A model generated the notes under the pieces. It did not search any database. It was given only the letters and a program-made list of their open reading frames with translations, and was not told the DNA's origin. A program made the position numbers and the translations under genes. A stretch of 64,000 nucleotides of DNA from Nannocystales bacterium (GTDB lineage: Bacteria; Myxococcota_A; Polyangia; Nannocystales; Nannocystaceae). Shown here in pieces: positions 1 through 10,018 of the stretch. The stretch is from contig JBOEGF010000004.1 of NCBI GenBank assembly GCA_050633305.1, forward strand, positions 192,001-256,000, written 5' to 3'. Position 1 is the stretch's first letter. Each line of letters starts with the position of its first letter.

Positions 1-68
1 TCCTCCTCCGGCGGAGCACAGGCCGCGGCGGCGGCGAGCGAGAGGAGGGTGGCGATGCGGAGCTTCAT
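1..68 (-). CDS. 5' end of a probable lipoprotein (runs off the window edge)
   Basis: Reverse strand from the ATG at 68 reads MKLRIATLLSLAAAAACAPPEE: basic N-terminus, hydrophobic stretch and a lipobox-like AAAC. Confidence 0.6.
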   Translation of the reverse strand, partial: MKLRIATLLSLAAAAACAPPEE

Positions 69-159
69 TGAAGTGTTCATGTGCACGTTCCTTCGCGGGG
101 CGCGGGCCGAAGGACCCAAGCCGCGCACCCCTCTGGCTGCCGGACGCACCGAGTCGGTT

Positions 160-600
160 CCGAGCACGTCTCTGCGATCGACTGGTCGACGCTGAAGCTC
201 GAGCCCGGGAGCTACGTCGACGAGGAGCTCCCGACCGGAGCGGAGCCCCCTTGGCTTCCGCGTCGAGCGGACCCGCATGCGCGAGCGCGCATTGCAGGTG
301 CCCGAGCCGTCGATCGAGGCGTTCCTCGAGTGGGCGGCGGCCTACGATGCAGGCAGTCGCAGCGGGCGCTCACGGGCGCGCCATGAGGCTTGGCTCGCGG
401 GTCGCGGCGGGCCGTGTCGCTCGACCTCGTCGGGCAGGTGGAAGACGAGGCTCTCTGTGCCCGCCGAGCACTGCGAAGTGAAGCTTCGAGCCGAGAAATC
501 TCGGGGTGTGGGTACCGTCGAGTTCGCGACGTTTTGCCTAGAGCCCGGCAAGGACCCACAAGCTGGAAGCTGCGCGCCCGGGCTGATCCACCGAGCCGGA
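160..600 (+). pseudogene. Possible frameshifted gene remnant of unknown function
   Basis: Protein-like segments alternate between frames (IDWSTLKLEPGSYVDEELPTGAEP / LGFRVERTRMRERALQVPEPSIEAFLEWAAAYD / VSLDLVGQVEDEA / EHCEVKLRAEK); no single clean ORF covers them. Confidence 0.3.
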
Positions 601-601
601 C

Positions 602-925
602 TCAGCCGGCTTTGCTGCCGCCGCGGCATGGCGGACTCTGCGGGATCACGCCACCGCGGGTCTGCCACTGCTGCGGCGTGTAGGCGTGAATCGACAGCGC
701 GTGCAGTCCCGCGTCCAACTCGTCTTTGGCCAGGGCATTGATCGCCCGGTGCCGCTGGACCAACGACTTGCCCTCGAACGCCTCGGCGACCAGCGTCACC
801 TTGAAGTGGCTCTCGGGGTTGTTGCCCGAGTGACGGCTGCTCTCGTTCTCGATCTCGAGCACCGCGGGCGCCAGCGCATCCACGATCTTGTCATGGAGCG
901 CCGACTGCAAGGGACCGCTGCTCAC
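602..925 (-). CDS. bolA: BolA family protein
   Basis: LEIENESSRH...ESHFKVTLVAEAFEGKSLVQRHRAINAL...LHALSIHAYTP. The GTG start overlaps the upstream stop (GTGA). Confidence 0.92.
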   Translation of the reverse strand: MSSGPLQSALHDKIVDALAPAVLEIENESSRHSGNNPESHFKVTLVAEAFEGKSLVQRHRAINALAKDELDAGLHALSIHAYTPQQWQTRGGVIPQSPPCRGGSKAG

Positions 926-3180
926 GAGGCGGGTGCCCCTTCGGATGCCGTGGCTTCGGGTGGAAGCGCGGCGGCGATCATCTCGGCGATGTCCAACACG
1001 GCGATGTCCTCGTCCTTGTCGAAGTGCTTCATGCCGTCGGAGATCATCGTCTTGCAGAACGGGCAGCCCACGCCGACGGCGTCCACACCCGCATCCACGA
1101 TCTCCTTGGAGCGGTTGAGGTTGACCCGCTTCTCGGCCTCCTCCTCCATCCACATCCGGGCTCCGCCAGCGCCGCAACAGAAGCCGTGCTCCCGGTTCCG
1201 GTCCAGCTCGACCATCTTGTCGGCGCCGCCGACCGCGGCAGCGACCGCGGATCGTGGCTCGTCGTACATGCCGTTCCAGCGGCCCAGGTAGCAGCTGTCG
1301 TGGTAGGCGACTTTGCGCATCTCCAGCGGGTTCTCCACCTTGAGCTTGCCGGTCTCCATCAGGTGGGGAAGCAGCTTGCTGTGGTGGATGACCTCGTACT
1401 TGCCGCCGAACTGCGGGTACTCGTTGGCGATGGTGTGGAAACAGTGCGGGCAGCTCGCAATGATCTTGCGAACCTTCAGCTCGTTCATGAGGTCCACGTT
1501 CATCTGCGCGATGGTCTGGAAGCTCATCTCATTGCCGCCGCGACGAAGGGTGTCGCCGGTGCAGTTCTCTTGCGTGCCCAGCACCGCGAAGTTGACTCCC
1601 GCCGCCTGAAGGCAGCGGACCAGGGCCCGGGTGGGCTTCTTGGAGGCGTCGGAATAGGCGCCCGCGCAGCCGATGAACAGCAGGTACTCGGCGTCGGGGT
1701 TTTCTTCGATGGTCGGGACTTCGAGGCCGTCGGCCCACTTCATGCGGTCTTCTTGCGGAAGGCCCCACGGGTTGCCGGAGTTCTCGATATTGCCGAACGC
1801 CGTGGTCAGCTCGCCCGGGGTCCGGCCGCTTTCATCGTTGAGCACGATGTGGGTCCGCATCTGCAAGATCTTGAGCGGGTGGTCGATGAAGACCGGGCAG
1901 ACCTCTTGGCAGGCGCCGCACGTGGTGCAGGACCAAAGCGTCTCGTCGTCGATGCGACCCCCGACCAGCGGATTCATCTCTTCCAGCTCGGTGCGGAGCT
2001 TCTCGACCGCTGCGACCTGCTCCTTCTTGGAGTCGTCGGCCTTGAGCTTCTCCCAAGCTTCCTGGGTCTTCTGCCACTCCTCGAAGCCCGGCTCCTCCTC
2101 CATGGGCTCCATGAACTCCACGCCCGCTGCGGGAGGAGACATGTCGACGCCCAGCTCGCCTTGCAGCTGCTGAAGCTCGAGCACCTTCAGCCCGCGGTCC
2201 TTCATCTCGTCCTTGAGGTCGTGGATGAGGTGCATCGGCGACAATGGCTTGTCGGTCGCGAACGCGGGGCAGTACGTCGTGCAACGCGCGCACTCGGTGC
2301 AGGCGTAGTTGTCGATCAGGCTCTTCCAGGTGAAGTCCTCGATCTTGGCAACGCCCCAGTTGTCCATGAGCGGGACGGCATCGGGATCTTCGGGGTCGTC
2401 GCTGCTGAACAACTGCAGCTTCGGCATCGCGCCGCGCTGGCCCTGGGGACGGAGCAGAATGTTGGGTCCTGATCCGAGCACGTGGATGTGCTTGGAGAAG
2501 GGGAGGTAGTTGAGGAAGCCCAGCAGGATCGCGACGTGTCCCCACCAGTGGACCTCCGCCGCGGCACCCGCCCAGCTCGCGTCGATGTTGGACGTGAGGG
2601 TGTCCCCAGAGATCGTGAACACGCCGGTCAGCGAGCCCAGCGTTCGCGCGACGGGCATCATGGGGTCGGCGTGGCCGGTCGCGGCCATGTGCCAGCTGTG
2701 GTGCCCAAAGTGGGTGAGCACCAGCGTGGTGATCGCCGACAGGATGAGCATGGCATCCATGTTGGCGGGCACGAACTCCGGTTTGACGATCAGCCGCCGG
2801 TAGAAGGCGTACATCAGCGCGACGAACACCACGGCGTTCATCACGTCGACCCCCAGCCGCACGTAGCCGTACAGGGTCTCGCCGAGAATTGTACCCAGCG
2901 TGAACCAGTCGCCGACCAGACCGGTGATGAACATCTCTGTGCTGGCGACCGTGAGGACCAGGAAACCCCAGTAGATCGCGAGGTGGTGGTAGGAGCGGGA
3001 CTCCTCCATCACCTTTCGCTGTCCGAAGAAGAACTTCATCAAGCTCCCAACCCGCTGCCCCCAACTCTCCGCGAGGCCTGCTGGTCGTCCGAGCGCGGCG
3101 ATGCGCACGAATTTCGAGACGTTGAAGGCGAACAGGGCGTTCGCCGCGATGAACACCAATGCGAAAGCGAGCTGCTTCAT
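922..3180 (-). CDS. Membrane-bound Fe-S oxidoreductase, FadF/HdrD-like (TM domain + 2x[4Fe-4S] + two CCG domains)
   Basis: N-terminal TM helices; CTECARCTTYCP and CTTCGACQEVCP ferredoxin motifs; ENCTG, CPHC, YHDSCYLGR, CCGAGG and CPFC motifs. Confidence 0.9.
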   Translation of the reverse strand: MKQLAFALVFIAANALFAFNVSKFVRIAALGRPAGLAESWGQRVGSLMKFFFGQRKVMEESRSYHHLAIYWGFLVLTVASTEMFITGLVGDWFTLGTILGETLYGYVRLGVDVMNAVVFVALMYAFYRRLIVKPEFVPANMDAMLILSAITTLVLTHFGHHSWHMAATGHADPMMPVARTLGSLTGVFTISGDTLTSNIDASWAGAAAEVHWWGHVAILLGFLNYLPFSKHIHVLGSGPNILLRPQGQRGAMPKLQLFSSDDPEDPDAVPLMDNWGVAKIEDFTWKSLIDNYACTECARCTTYCPAFATDKPLSPMHLIHDLKDEMKDRGLKVLELQQLQGELGVDMSPPAAGVEFMEPMEEEPGFEEWQKTQEAWEKLKADDSKKEQVAAVEKLRTELEEMNPLVGGRIDDETLWSCTTCGACQEVCPVFIDHPLKILQMRTHIVLNDESGRTPGELTTAFGNIENSGNPWGLPQEDRMKWADGLEVPTIEENPDAEYLLFIGCAGAYSDASKKPTRALVRCLQAAGVNFAVLGTQENCTGDTLRRGGNEMSFQTIAQMNVDLMNELKVRKIIASCPHCFHTIANEYPQFGGKYEVIHHSKLLPHLMETGKLKVENPLEMRKVAYHDSCYLGRWNGMYDEPRSAVAAAVGGADKMVELDRNREHGFCCGAGGARMWMEEEAEKRVNLNRSKEIVDAGVDAVGVGCPFCKTMISDGMKHFDKDEDIAVLDIAEMIAAALPPEATASEGAPAS

Positions 3181-3283
3181 CGTAGATCGACGGGGTCATA
3201 CCACAGGGGGGGCGGCCCGGCGCGCAGGGCCGCTGTGCGCGGATGCAGCGGGGCTCAGAGCGCGATAAGCTAGGGCTCACCGC

Positions 3284-4741
3284 GTGCACGACCTCCTGCT
3301 GATCAGCGACCTGCACCTGGGTTCGCACCTCAAGCCCCGCCTGCGGGGAGAGGAAGTGCACCTCGCGTCCCGGATCGAAGAGGAGTTTCCTCGCTTCATC
3401 GACCACCACCTCGAGCTGGCCGAAGCCCGTCAGGTGGGCTGGCAGATGGTGGTCAACGGCGACTTCATCGACTTTTGGAACGTAGTTCTGGACGAGCGGG
3501 AGGACGAGGACAGTGAGGCGCTCGCGGTTCGCCGCTTGCACGCGGTCCTCGACGCGCACCCGGCCGTGGAGGACTCGTTGGCGCGTTTTCTCGAAGCTGG
3601 CCACGGTGTGGCGTTCGTGACGGGCAACCACGATGCCGAGCTGCTCTACGGCGGAGTCCGGCGCGCGATGGTCGAGCGCATCGAAGGCGCGATGTCCTCG
3701 GAGGAAGGCGATGCCAGCATCACGCGGACCGGGACCGTGCGTCTGGACATGATGCGGGCGGGAAAGATCCGCTTCGTTCGCTGGTTCCTACGGGAGCCCG
3801 GTGGTGCGTGGATCGAGCACGGTCACAAGTTCGACCCCAGCTGCGCCACGCCTGCGGCCCTCTCGCCGACCCGAGGCGGTGCCCTCGTGCAGACGGTCGC
3901 CGAAGTCGCGACACGGAGCTTCGCGAACGTGATGCCCGAGATCGACTACGACGCTCCGGACAAGTTCAGCGGCTTCGACTACGCCCGGTGGGCCCTCGCC
4001 CGGGGCTGGCGATTCGTGGTGCGGGTGATCCTGCTCTACCTGCGCATGGTGGGCCGAATCCTGGGGCTGTGGGTGGGCGGCCGGGTCGACGCGGAGGGCC
4101 AGGCGGTCCACGACGAGCAGCTTGGGCGGATCGCCGCCAACGCTGGGCTCCAGATGAGCGCGCTGGCAGCCCTCGAAAACATGGCCCCGCCGCCCGCTGC
4201 GGTCACCGTGGGCGGCCTGGTCAAGCTCACAGCACTCGACCACGTGCTCATGATGCTGACCCCGATCGTGTTTGCGGTCGTGTTTGCGCTTCTGCGATGG
4301 GTTCCGCTTTGGGCCGGCCTTCCGCTCGCGATCATCATCGGAGGCTTGGGGATCGCGCTGCAACGGCGTGGGCGTCAGCGCCGAGATGTTGCTCGGGACA
4401 TGCTCAACGTCGCCGCTGGCGTCGGGCAAGCCACCGGCGTCCCCCTGGTCCTGATGGGCCACAGCCACCATGGCGAGCTCGAGCGGCGCGGGGATGTGGT
4501 CTACGCAAACAGCGGGTCGTGGCTGGATGGCTCGCATCTGTACGTGGAACGGGACCCCGAGACGCAGCGCCTGATCCGGGTCGAACTGCGGCAGTGGCGC
4601 AACGGTGGGGTCCGCTGCTTGGACGCGATGACCGTCTTGCAGCCCGACGTCCCCGTCGATCTCGCGGCGGCAGTGCGGGCCGACACGGCCCTCGAATCGG
4701 TGTCCGATGGTGACGCCAGCGGCGCTTTTGTGCGAACGTGA
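3284..4741 (+). CDS. Calcineurin-like metallophosphoesterase with internal membrane segments
   Basis: SDLHLG, NGDFID, GNHD, EHGH and MGHSH motifs; hydrophobic helices precede the last motif. Confidence 0.8.
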   Translation: MHDLLLISDLHLGSHLKPRLRGEEVHLASRIEEEFPRFIDHHLELAEARQVGWQMVVNGDFIDFWNVVLDEREDEDSEALAVRRLHAVLDAHPAVEDSLARFLEAGHGVAFVTGNHDAELLYGGVRRAMVERIEGAMSSEEGDASITRTGTVRLDMMRAGKIRFVRWFLREPGGAWIEHGHKFDPSCATPAALSPTRGGALVQTVAEVATRSFANVMPEIDYDAPDKFSGFDYARWALARGWRFVVRVILLYLRMVGRILGLWVGGRVDAEGQAVHDEQLGRIAANAGLQMSALAALENMAPPPAAVTVGGLVKLTALDHVLMMLTPIVFAVVFALLRWVPLWAGLPLAIIIGGLGIALQRRGRQRRDVARDMLNVAAGVGQATGVPLVLMGHSHHGELERRGDVVYANSGSWLDGSHLYVERDPETQRLIRVELRQWRNGGVRCLDAMTVLQPDVPVDLAAAVRADTALESVSDGDASGAFVRT

Positions 4742-4780
4742 ACCCGCGTCGCCGGATGACGCGACAGGCAAGACGGACCG

Positions 4781-5155
4781 TTGGCCAACGAAACCATCCT
4801 CGTCATCGAAGACGACTCTTCCGTACGAACCCTTCTCAGCAAGGCGCTGTCAGGCAAGGGCTATCAAGTCGAAACGTCCGAGGACGGCCTTGCCGGACTA
4901 ACGCGGCTGGAGTCCCTCCGGCCGGACCTGATCATCGTGGACATCATGATGCCCCGGCTCGACGGGATGACCTTCGTTCGGGCGATCAAGGCTCATGAGC
5001 ACACCCAGCCGATTCCGGTCATCTTCCTCACCGCGAAGAACGACCCGAAGACGATGATCCAAGGCATCAACCTTGGCGCGCGTTTCTACGTGACGAAGCC
5101 GTTCCAGATCGACGAGTTGCTTGCCAAGGTTCAAAAAGCGCTCATGCCCGGCTGA
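4781..5155 (+). CDS. Single-domain response regulator (receiver)
   Basis: ILVIEDD, phosphoacceptor VDIMMP, FLTA and TKPF motifs; 124 aa. Confidence 0.92.
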   Translation: MANETILVIEDDSSVRTLLSKALSGKGYQVETSEDGLAGLTRLESLRPDLIIVDIMMPRLDGMTFVRAIKAHEHTQPIPVIFLTAKNDPKTMIQGINLGARFYVTKPFQIDELLAKVQKALMPG

Positions 5156-6653
5156 GCAGGGGCGAGCGTGAGAACGGCGACCGGGCGGGTCCGACGACAG
5201 CCGCGGCTGCTGCCGCTCCTGCAGCAAACTCCCCCTCCAGGCCCAGGCCAGGCAGGGTCAGCCGACATGCGAAGTGCATCGCTTTGAGGCCACTCTCGGT
5301 CGAGAGCACCCCGACACCCAGGCTTGGAGGCTTGCCCACCGCATACAGCGGGGCCATCGGGTGTGTTGTCCCCGGGGCCGCACGCTCGGAGATGTCATGC
5401 CCATGGCCGTCGGTCAGCGGCCGGCCGTCGTGCGGAGAGTGCACCCACCGCACGTGCTCTTGGCAAAACGGCAATACGCCTCGTGCGTCGAGGGCCGCCA
5501 GCAGGCGCTCCCGAAGGCCGGCGGTCGATGCCTGGGGCGGGACCACGTGGCAGATCGAGACCCGGCGCGAGTCCTCGGCTGCCCCGGACAGGACCCGCAC
5601 GTATGTGTTGCCGACCGGGTCGTCTGCGGATCCTTCCGGCAAGCACAGGGCGAGGGGTTCGAGCGCGGGGGAGAGACCCCGAACACCGATCTCGGCGTGC
5701 ATGACGAACCGCTGGGCCGCGATACGAACCCCTTGCAACGTCTCTTGCAGGGTGCGCGGGAGAAGCTCGGGGAGCAGTGGACCCTCCAACAGGCGCAGGG
5801 GGTCCGTCGCCACGATCAGATGGTCACAGCCGTAGCAGTCTTGCTTGCCGAGGAGGCTGACGCCGACCACTCGCGAGCGCTTGAGCAGCAGCTCGGCGAC
5901 CCGTAGACCGCGTTTCACTTCGCCCGAGTGGAGTTCGATCCGCTGGAGCAGCAGGGTTCGCAGCGCAGCCTCGCCGCCAGGCATGTCGTCCGGGCCGCGA
6001 TGCCAGAGCCCCGCCAGTCGCAGGCTCGCGGCCTTGCCGAGCTGGGTCGGATGCAGGTGCTGCAGCCACGGGACTGCCGCAGAGCCGACGCGCCGCAGGT
6101 CGTGGTCGGGAGGGAGGGGGGGCATCTCGTCGACGGTGCCCGCGGGGAGCTGGCCTTCGACGCGGGCGAGGAACCGGCGACTCCAGAAGCCCCCGCCCAC
6201 CAGGGCGTTGTCCGAAGCGAGCAGGGGGTCGAGCACCTCGTCCGTTGCGGCGGACCAACGCTGCGCCATGTCCCAGGCGGCCGGGACATGCTCGTCGTCG
6301 GGCCACACACGCGCGGCCTCCTCGCTGACGTTGGCGCTCGAGGGGGTGAGATCGACACGACCGTCGGGCAACACCACGTGGACTCGGTGCTCGATCGGGG
6401 CGTACAGGCGCCGGACCTGTTGCGCCAACCCAAGTTCGGTCCATACCCGAGCCGTAGGCGCCGTGCCCATGTGCAGGACCGGGGCGGTGCGAAGCGGGAG
6501 CGTGCGTCCTGCGATCTTGTAGGTCCCGTCGGCGGGGCCTTGCGGGATCACCAGGACGCGCTTCCCTCGACGGGCAACCAACGCCGCGGCGACGAGCCCG
6601 GCGATGTCGCTGCCGAGCACGATCAGATCGTAGTGATTGGTCGTCGTCGCCAC
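5142..6653 (-). CDS. FAD-dependent oxidoreductase, phytoene desaturase-like superfamily (divergent)
   Basis: YDLIVLGSDIAGLVAAALVARRGKRVLV dinucleotide-binding start and C-terminal LPGLGLEGEFAAG; starts 6 nt after the purM stop. Confidence 0.65.
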   Translation of the reverse strand: MATTTNHYDLIVLGSDIAGLVAAALVARRGKRVLVIPQGPADGTYKIAGRTLPLRTAPVLHMGTAPTARVWTELGLAQQVRRLYAPIEHRVHVVLPDGRVDLTPSSANVSEEAARVWPDDEHVPAAWDMAQRWSAATDEVLDPLLASDNALVGGGFWSRRFLARVEGQLPAGTVDEMPPLPPDHDLRRVGSAAVPWLQHLHPTQLGKAASLRLAGLWHRGPDDMPGGEAALRTLLLQRIELHSGEVKRGLRVAELLLKRSRVVGVSLLGKQDCYGCDHLIVATDPLRLLEGPLLPELLPRTLQETLQGVRIAAQRFVMHAEIGVRGLSPALEPLALCLPEGSADDPVGNTYVRVLSGAAEDSRRVSICHVVPPQASTAGLRERLLAALDARGVLPFCQEHVRWVHSPHDGRPLTDGHGHDISERAAPGTTHPMAPLYAVGKPPSLGVGVLSTESGLKAMHFACRLTLPGLGLEGEFAAGAAAAAAVVGPARSPFSRSPLLSRA

Positions 6654-6659
6654 GGGTGC

Positions 6660-7709
6660 TCAGACGAAGCGTACGCCCGCGTCACCCTCGGAGGCGACGA
6701 CGCGCCCCATGCGGACCGCGCTCTCGCCGGCCCCTTCGAGGGCAGAGATCACCGTATCCGCGGCATCAGGGGCCGTGAACAGCATCATACCGATGCCACT
6801 GTTGAAGGTCCGCAGCATCTCCGTGGACGTCACACCTTGGGCCGAAATCGCCTCGAAGACCGGCATCGGGGGAATCGCCGACGTGTCGATCTCGACGGTG
6901 GTGCCCTCGGGGAGAGCGCGGGGCGGGTTCTCGAGCAGTCCGCCGCCGGTGATGTGCGCCGCTGCCGAGACACCGCCGACGGAGAGCGCGGCGGCGATCG
7001 CTTTGACGTAGACGCGGGTCGGCGTGAGGAGCACGTCGGCCACCGAGGACTCCGTTCCAGGGAAGGTGTCCCCGAGGTTCAACCCGCCGAACTCGGGGTC
7101 GAGCAAGGCGCGGCGGGCGAGGCTGTAGCCGTTGCTGTGTAGGCCCGACGAAAGCACGCCGATGGCGACGTCGCCGGGCTGAACGTTCGTGGGATTGAGG
7201 CGTGCGTCTTTGTCGACCACGCCGACTGCGAACGCCGCGAGGTCGTAGTGGCCCTCGCTATACATCCCCGGAAGCTCGGCGGTCTCCCCCCCGAGCAGCG
7301 CGCAGCCGCTCTGTCTGCAGCCATCGACGATGCCCGCGACGATCGACTCCACGATGCCGGGCTGCAACGCCCCGGTTGCGATGTAGTCGAGCAGGAAGAG
7401 CGGACGGGCCCCGGTGCAGATCAGATCGTTGACGTTCATCGCGACCAGGTCGATGCCAACGGTGTCGTGAACGCCCGCCGCGATTGCGACGAGAAGCTTG
7501 GTCCCCACACCGTCGGCACACGAGACCAGCACCGGTGTCTTCATGCCCGTGGGCAGGCCGATCATGCCGGCGAAACCACCGATGTCGTCGAGTTGCTCGG
7601 GCCGGCGTGTCGATGCGACCAGCGAGCGGATCCGGCGGACCGCTTCGTTGCCTGCGTCGATGTCCACGCCAGCGTCGCGGTACGACAGGGACTTGGGTGT
7701 GTCCGCCAT
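6660..7709 (-). CDS. purM: Phosphoribosylformylglycinamidine cyclo-ligase (AIR synthetase)
   Basis: LSYRDAGVDIDAGN, DGVGTKL, GIDLVAMNVNDL, GGETAELPG, SSGLHSNGYSL and HITGGGL motifs. Confidence 0.97.
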   Translation of the reverse strand: MADTPKSLSYRDAGVDIDAGNEAVRRIRSLVASTRRPEQLDDIGGFAGMIGLPTGMKTPVLVSCADGVGTKLLVAIAAGVHDTVGIDLVAMNVNDLICTGARPLFLLDYIATGALQPGIVESIVAGIVDGCRQSGCALLGGETAELPGMYSEGHYDLAAFAVGVVDKDARLNPTNVQPGDVAIGVLSSGLHSNGYSLARRALLDPEFGGLNLGDTFPGTESSVADVLLTPTRVYVKAIAAALSVGGVSAAAHITGGGLLENPPRALPEGTTVEIDTSAIPPMPVFEAISAQGVTSTEMLRTFNSGIGMMLFTAPDAADTVISALEGAGESAVRMGRVVASEGDAGVRFV

Positions 7710-7839
7710 ATCCGGTCCCCTACCAAACCCCGGCGCGCCCTGTCGACGGATACCCGGTGACAGGCTCGCGGGGGCTGCGCGAGAGGCCTCGCACGCGTGG
7801 GGATGGCCCCCGGCGCCGCAGGGGTGGTAAGACCCGCTC

Positions 7840-8733
7840 ATGGCGTGGTGGCGGCGCAAGAAGCAGCAGCTCGAGACCCAAACCCCGGAGGAGAAAGTCT
7901 CCGTGCCCAAGGGCGTGTGGTCCAAGTGCGAAGCGTGTGGAGAGATCACGTACACGGAGGAACTGATCGCGAACCTCCGAGTCTGTCCGGTCTGCGGTCA
8001 CCACGCGCCGATGCCGACGGCGGAGCGCATCGCGTCCATGCTGGACGAGGGATCGTGGGAAGAGCACGACCTCGACCTCCGCTCCGGTGACCCGCTGACC
8101 TTCACCGATCAAAAGCCGTACGTGGCCCGGCTTGAAAAGGCGCTCCGTACTGCCGGTCCTCGCGACGCGTTCCGGTCCGGCCTCGGATCGATCGAGGGCA
8201 TCCCGGTCAGCGCCGGATTCTTCGCTTTCGAGTTCATGGGCGGATCGATGGGGTCCGTGGTGGGCGAGAAGTGCACCCGCGTGTTCGAACGGGCGCTGGA
8301 ACTGCATCGGCCCGCGCTGGTGTTCTCCGCATCGGGGGGCGCGCGCATGCAAGAGGGCGTGTTGTCATTGATGCAGATGGCGAAGACTTCGGCGGCTCGC
8401 GGACGGCTGCGCGAGGCGGGTCTGCCGTACATCTCGGTCGTCCTGCACCCGACGACGGGCGGGGTCGCGGCCAGCTTCGCGACGCTGGGTGACCTGATTA
8501 TCGCGGAACCGAAGGCGCTTGTGGGCTTCGCCGGGCCACGGGTCATCATGCAGACCATCGGCCAGGAGTTGCCCAAGGGCTTCCAGCGCGCCGAGTTCCT
8601 GCTCGAGCACGGCATGGTTGACCGCATCGTGAGTCGACTCGAGATGCGGGAGCAGCTGGGGCTGATGCTGGCGCTGTTGGGCACCAAACCCAAGCCCAAG
8701 CCCAACAGCAAGCAGCCCGCCGCGCAGCAGTGA
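7840..8733 (+). CDS. accD: Acetyl-CoA carboxylase carboxyltransferase beta subunit
   Basis: Zn finger WSKCEAC...VCPVCGH; FMGGSMGSVVGEK, SGGARMQEG, PTTGGVAASFA and FQRAEFLLEHG motifs. Confidence 0.97.
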   Translation: MAWWRRKKQQLETQTPEEKVSVPKGVWSKCEACGEITYTEELIANLRVCPVCGHHAPMPTAERIASMLDEGSWEEHDLDLRSGDPLTFTDQKPYVARLEKALRTAGPRDAFRSGLGSIEGIPVSAGFFAFEFMGGSMGSVVGEKCTRVFERALELHRPALVFSASGGARMQEGVLSLMQMAKTSAARGRLREAGLPYISVVLHPTTGGVAASFATLGDLIIAEPKALVGFAGPRVIMQTIGQELPKGFQRAEFLLEHGMVDRIVSRLEMREQLGLMLALLGTKPKPKPNSKQPAAQQ

Positions 8734-8737
8734 GACG

Positions 8738-9913
8738 ATGACCTACGAGGCGCTGTTTGCCCGCCGAACGCTCGGCGTACGGCCGGGCCTGGTGGCGGTC
8801 CGTGGGGTCTTTGAAACACTGGGATCGCCCGGGGGCTCGATCCCCGCGATTCACGTGGTGGGGACCAACGGCAAGGGATCCATCGCCGCGATGGCGGAGC
8901 ACGCCCTGCGCCAGCGAGGACATCGGACCGGGTTGTTCACGAGCCCCCATCTGCAACGGGTCACCGAGCGGGTTCGGGTCGACGGGCTCGAAGTCGACGA
9001 CACGGTTCTCGAGGCGGCGATCGGCTCGGTGCTGTCCGTCGAGGGGGACCCGTCCGAGCGAGGGCGGCCGTTGTCGTTCTTCGAGTTGCTCACCATCGCG
9101 GCGCTCATCGTGTTCGAGCAGTCCGGGGTTGATGTTCTGATCGTCGAGGCCGGTCTTGGCGGGCGGCTGGACAGTACCCGTGTGATCGATGCGCAGGCTG
9201 TCGCGGTCGGCCGCATCGACCTCGACCATCAGGCGTACCTCGGCGACACGCTTGTGGAGATCGCGGCCGAAAAGGCCGGGGTGTTCCGCGATCGAGTACC
9301 GGTCTACTCGGTTCCGCAACACGACCCCGTGTGGACGGTGCTCGAACGGGCATCGTGGGACGCGCCATGTCCTCTCCGGCTCCCCGAGCCCATCGCCGCT
9401 CCGTTGCCGGGCGAACACCAACGCTACAACGCCGGTGTCGCCCTCGCTGCCGCTCAACACCTCGACCGCAGCGTCACACCCGAAGACATCGACGGCACCG
9501 CCTGGCCGGCGCGGATGGAACGGCGGGCGGTCGGCAACGGCGAGTGGATTTTGGACGTCGCCCACAACCCCGCATCGATGGAGGCCTTGGCCACCGTCCT
9601 GCGCGGGCTGCCGCTGGCGAAGACACTGGTCATCGTGAGCTGCTCCGCCGACAAGGACGCGGCAGCGATGGCGACAGCCCTGGGCGGGGTCGGCGAGTGC
9701 TGGACCATCACCGATGACGAGCTCGGGCTGTGCCCGCTCCCCGGCGCCCGGATGTTCGAGTCGCTCGCCCATCCCGGCCTCGAAGCCTCGCTCCACGAGC
9801 ACGTGGAGGAGGGAGGGCGGGTGGTCATCTGTGGGTCTCACCGTCTCGTCGGCGCTGTGATGGGACGCTGGCTGGCCGACGGTGGCCCCCCGGATCCGAG
9901 CGACCCGCGCTGA
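8738..9913 (+). CDS. folC: Folylpolyglutamate synthase / dihydrofolate synthase
   Basis: HVVGTNGKGS, FTSPHL, EAGLGGRLDST, IAAEKAGV and LDVAHNP motifs; classic accD-folC synteny. Confidence 0.93.
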   Translation: MTYEALFARRTLGVRPGLVAVRGVFETLGSPGGSIPAIHVVGTNGKGSIAAMAEHALRQRGHRTGLFTSPHLQRVTERVRVDGLEVDDTVLEAAIGSVLSVEGDPSERGRPLSFFELLTIAALIVFEQSGVDVLIVEAGLGGRLDSTRVIDAQAVAVGRIDLDHQAYLGDTLVEIAAEKAGVFRDRVPVYSVPQHDPVWTVLERASWDAPCPLRLPEPIAAPLPGEHQRYNAGVALAAAQHLDRSVTPEDIDGTAWPARMERRAVGNGEWILDVAHNPASMEALATVLRGLPLAKTLVIVSCSADKDAAAMATALGGVGECWTITDDELGLCPLPGARMFESLAHPGLEASLHEHVEEGGRVVICGSHRLVGAVMGRWLADGGPPDPSDPR

Positions 9914-10018
9914 GCTGCGGCGCGTCCCAGGCTCGCTGCGCCTCCATCGACGGCGGATGTTCAGCCCCTGCGCGTCGTGGTTTTGGTCGGGACGCGCAGC
10001 GGTCGATACAATGTCGTC

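Noticed and set aside
1024..2472. Long antisense/alternative-frame ORFs (also 13980..15647, 23767..25614, 33322..35202, 42509..44329, 48881..50656, 51783..53552, 54867..57149)
   Set aside because: Shadow ORFs expected in high-GC DNA: they overlap well-supported genes and carry no family motifs.
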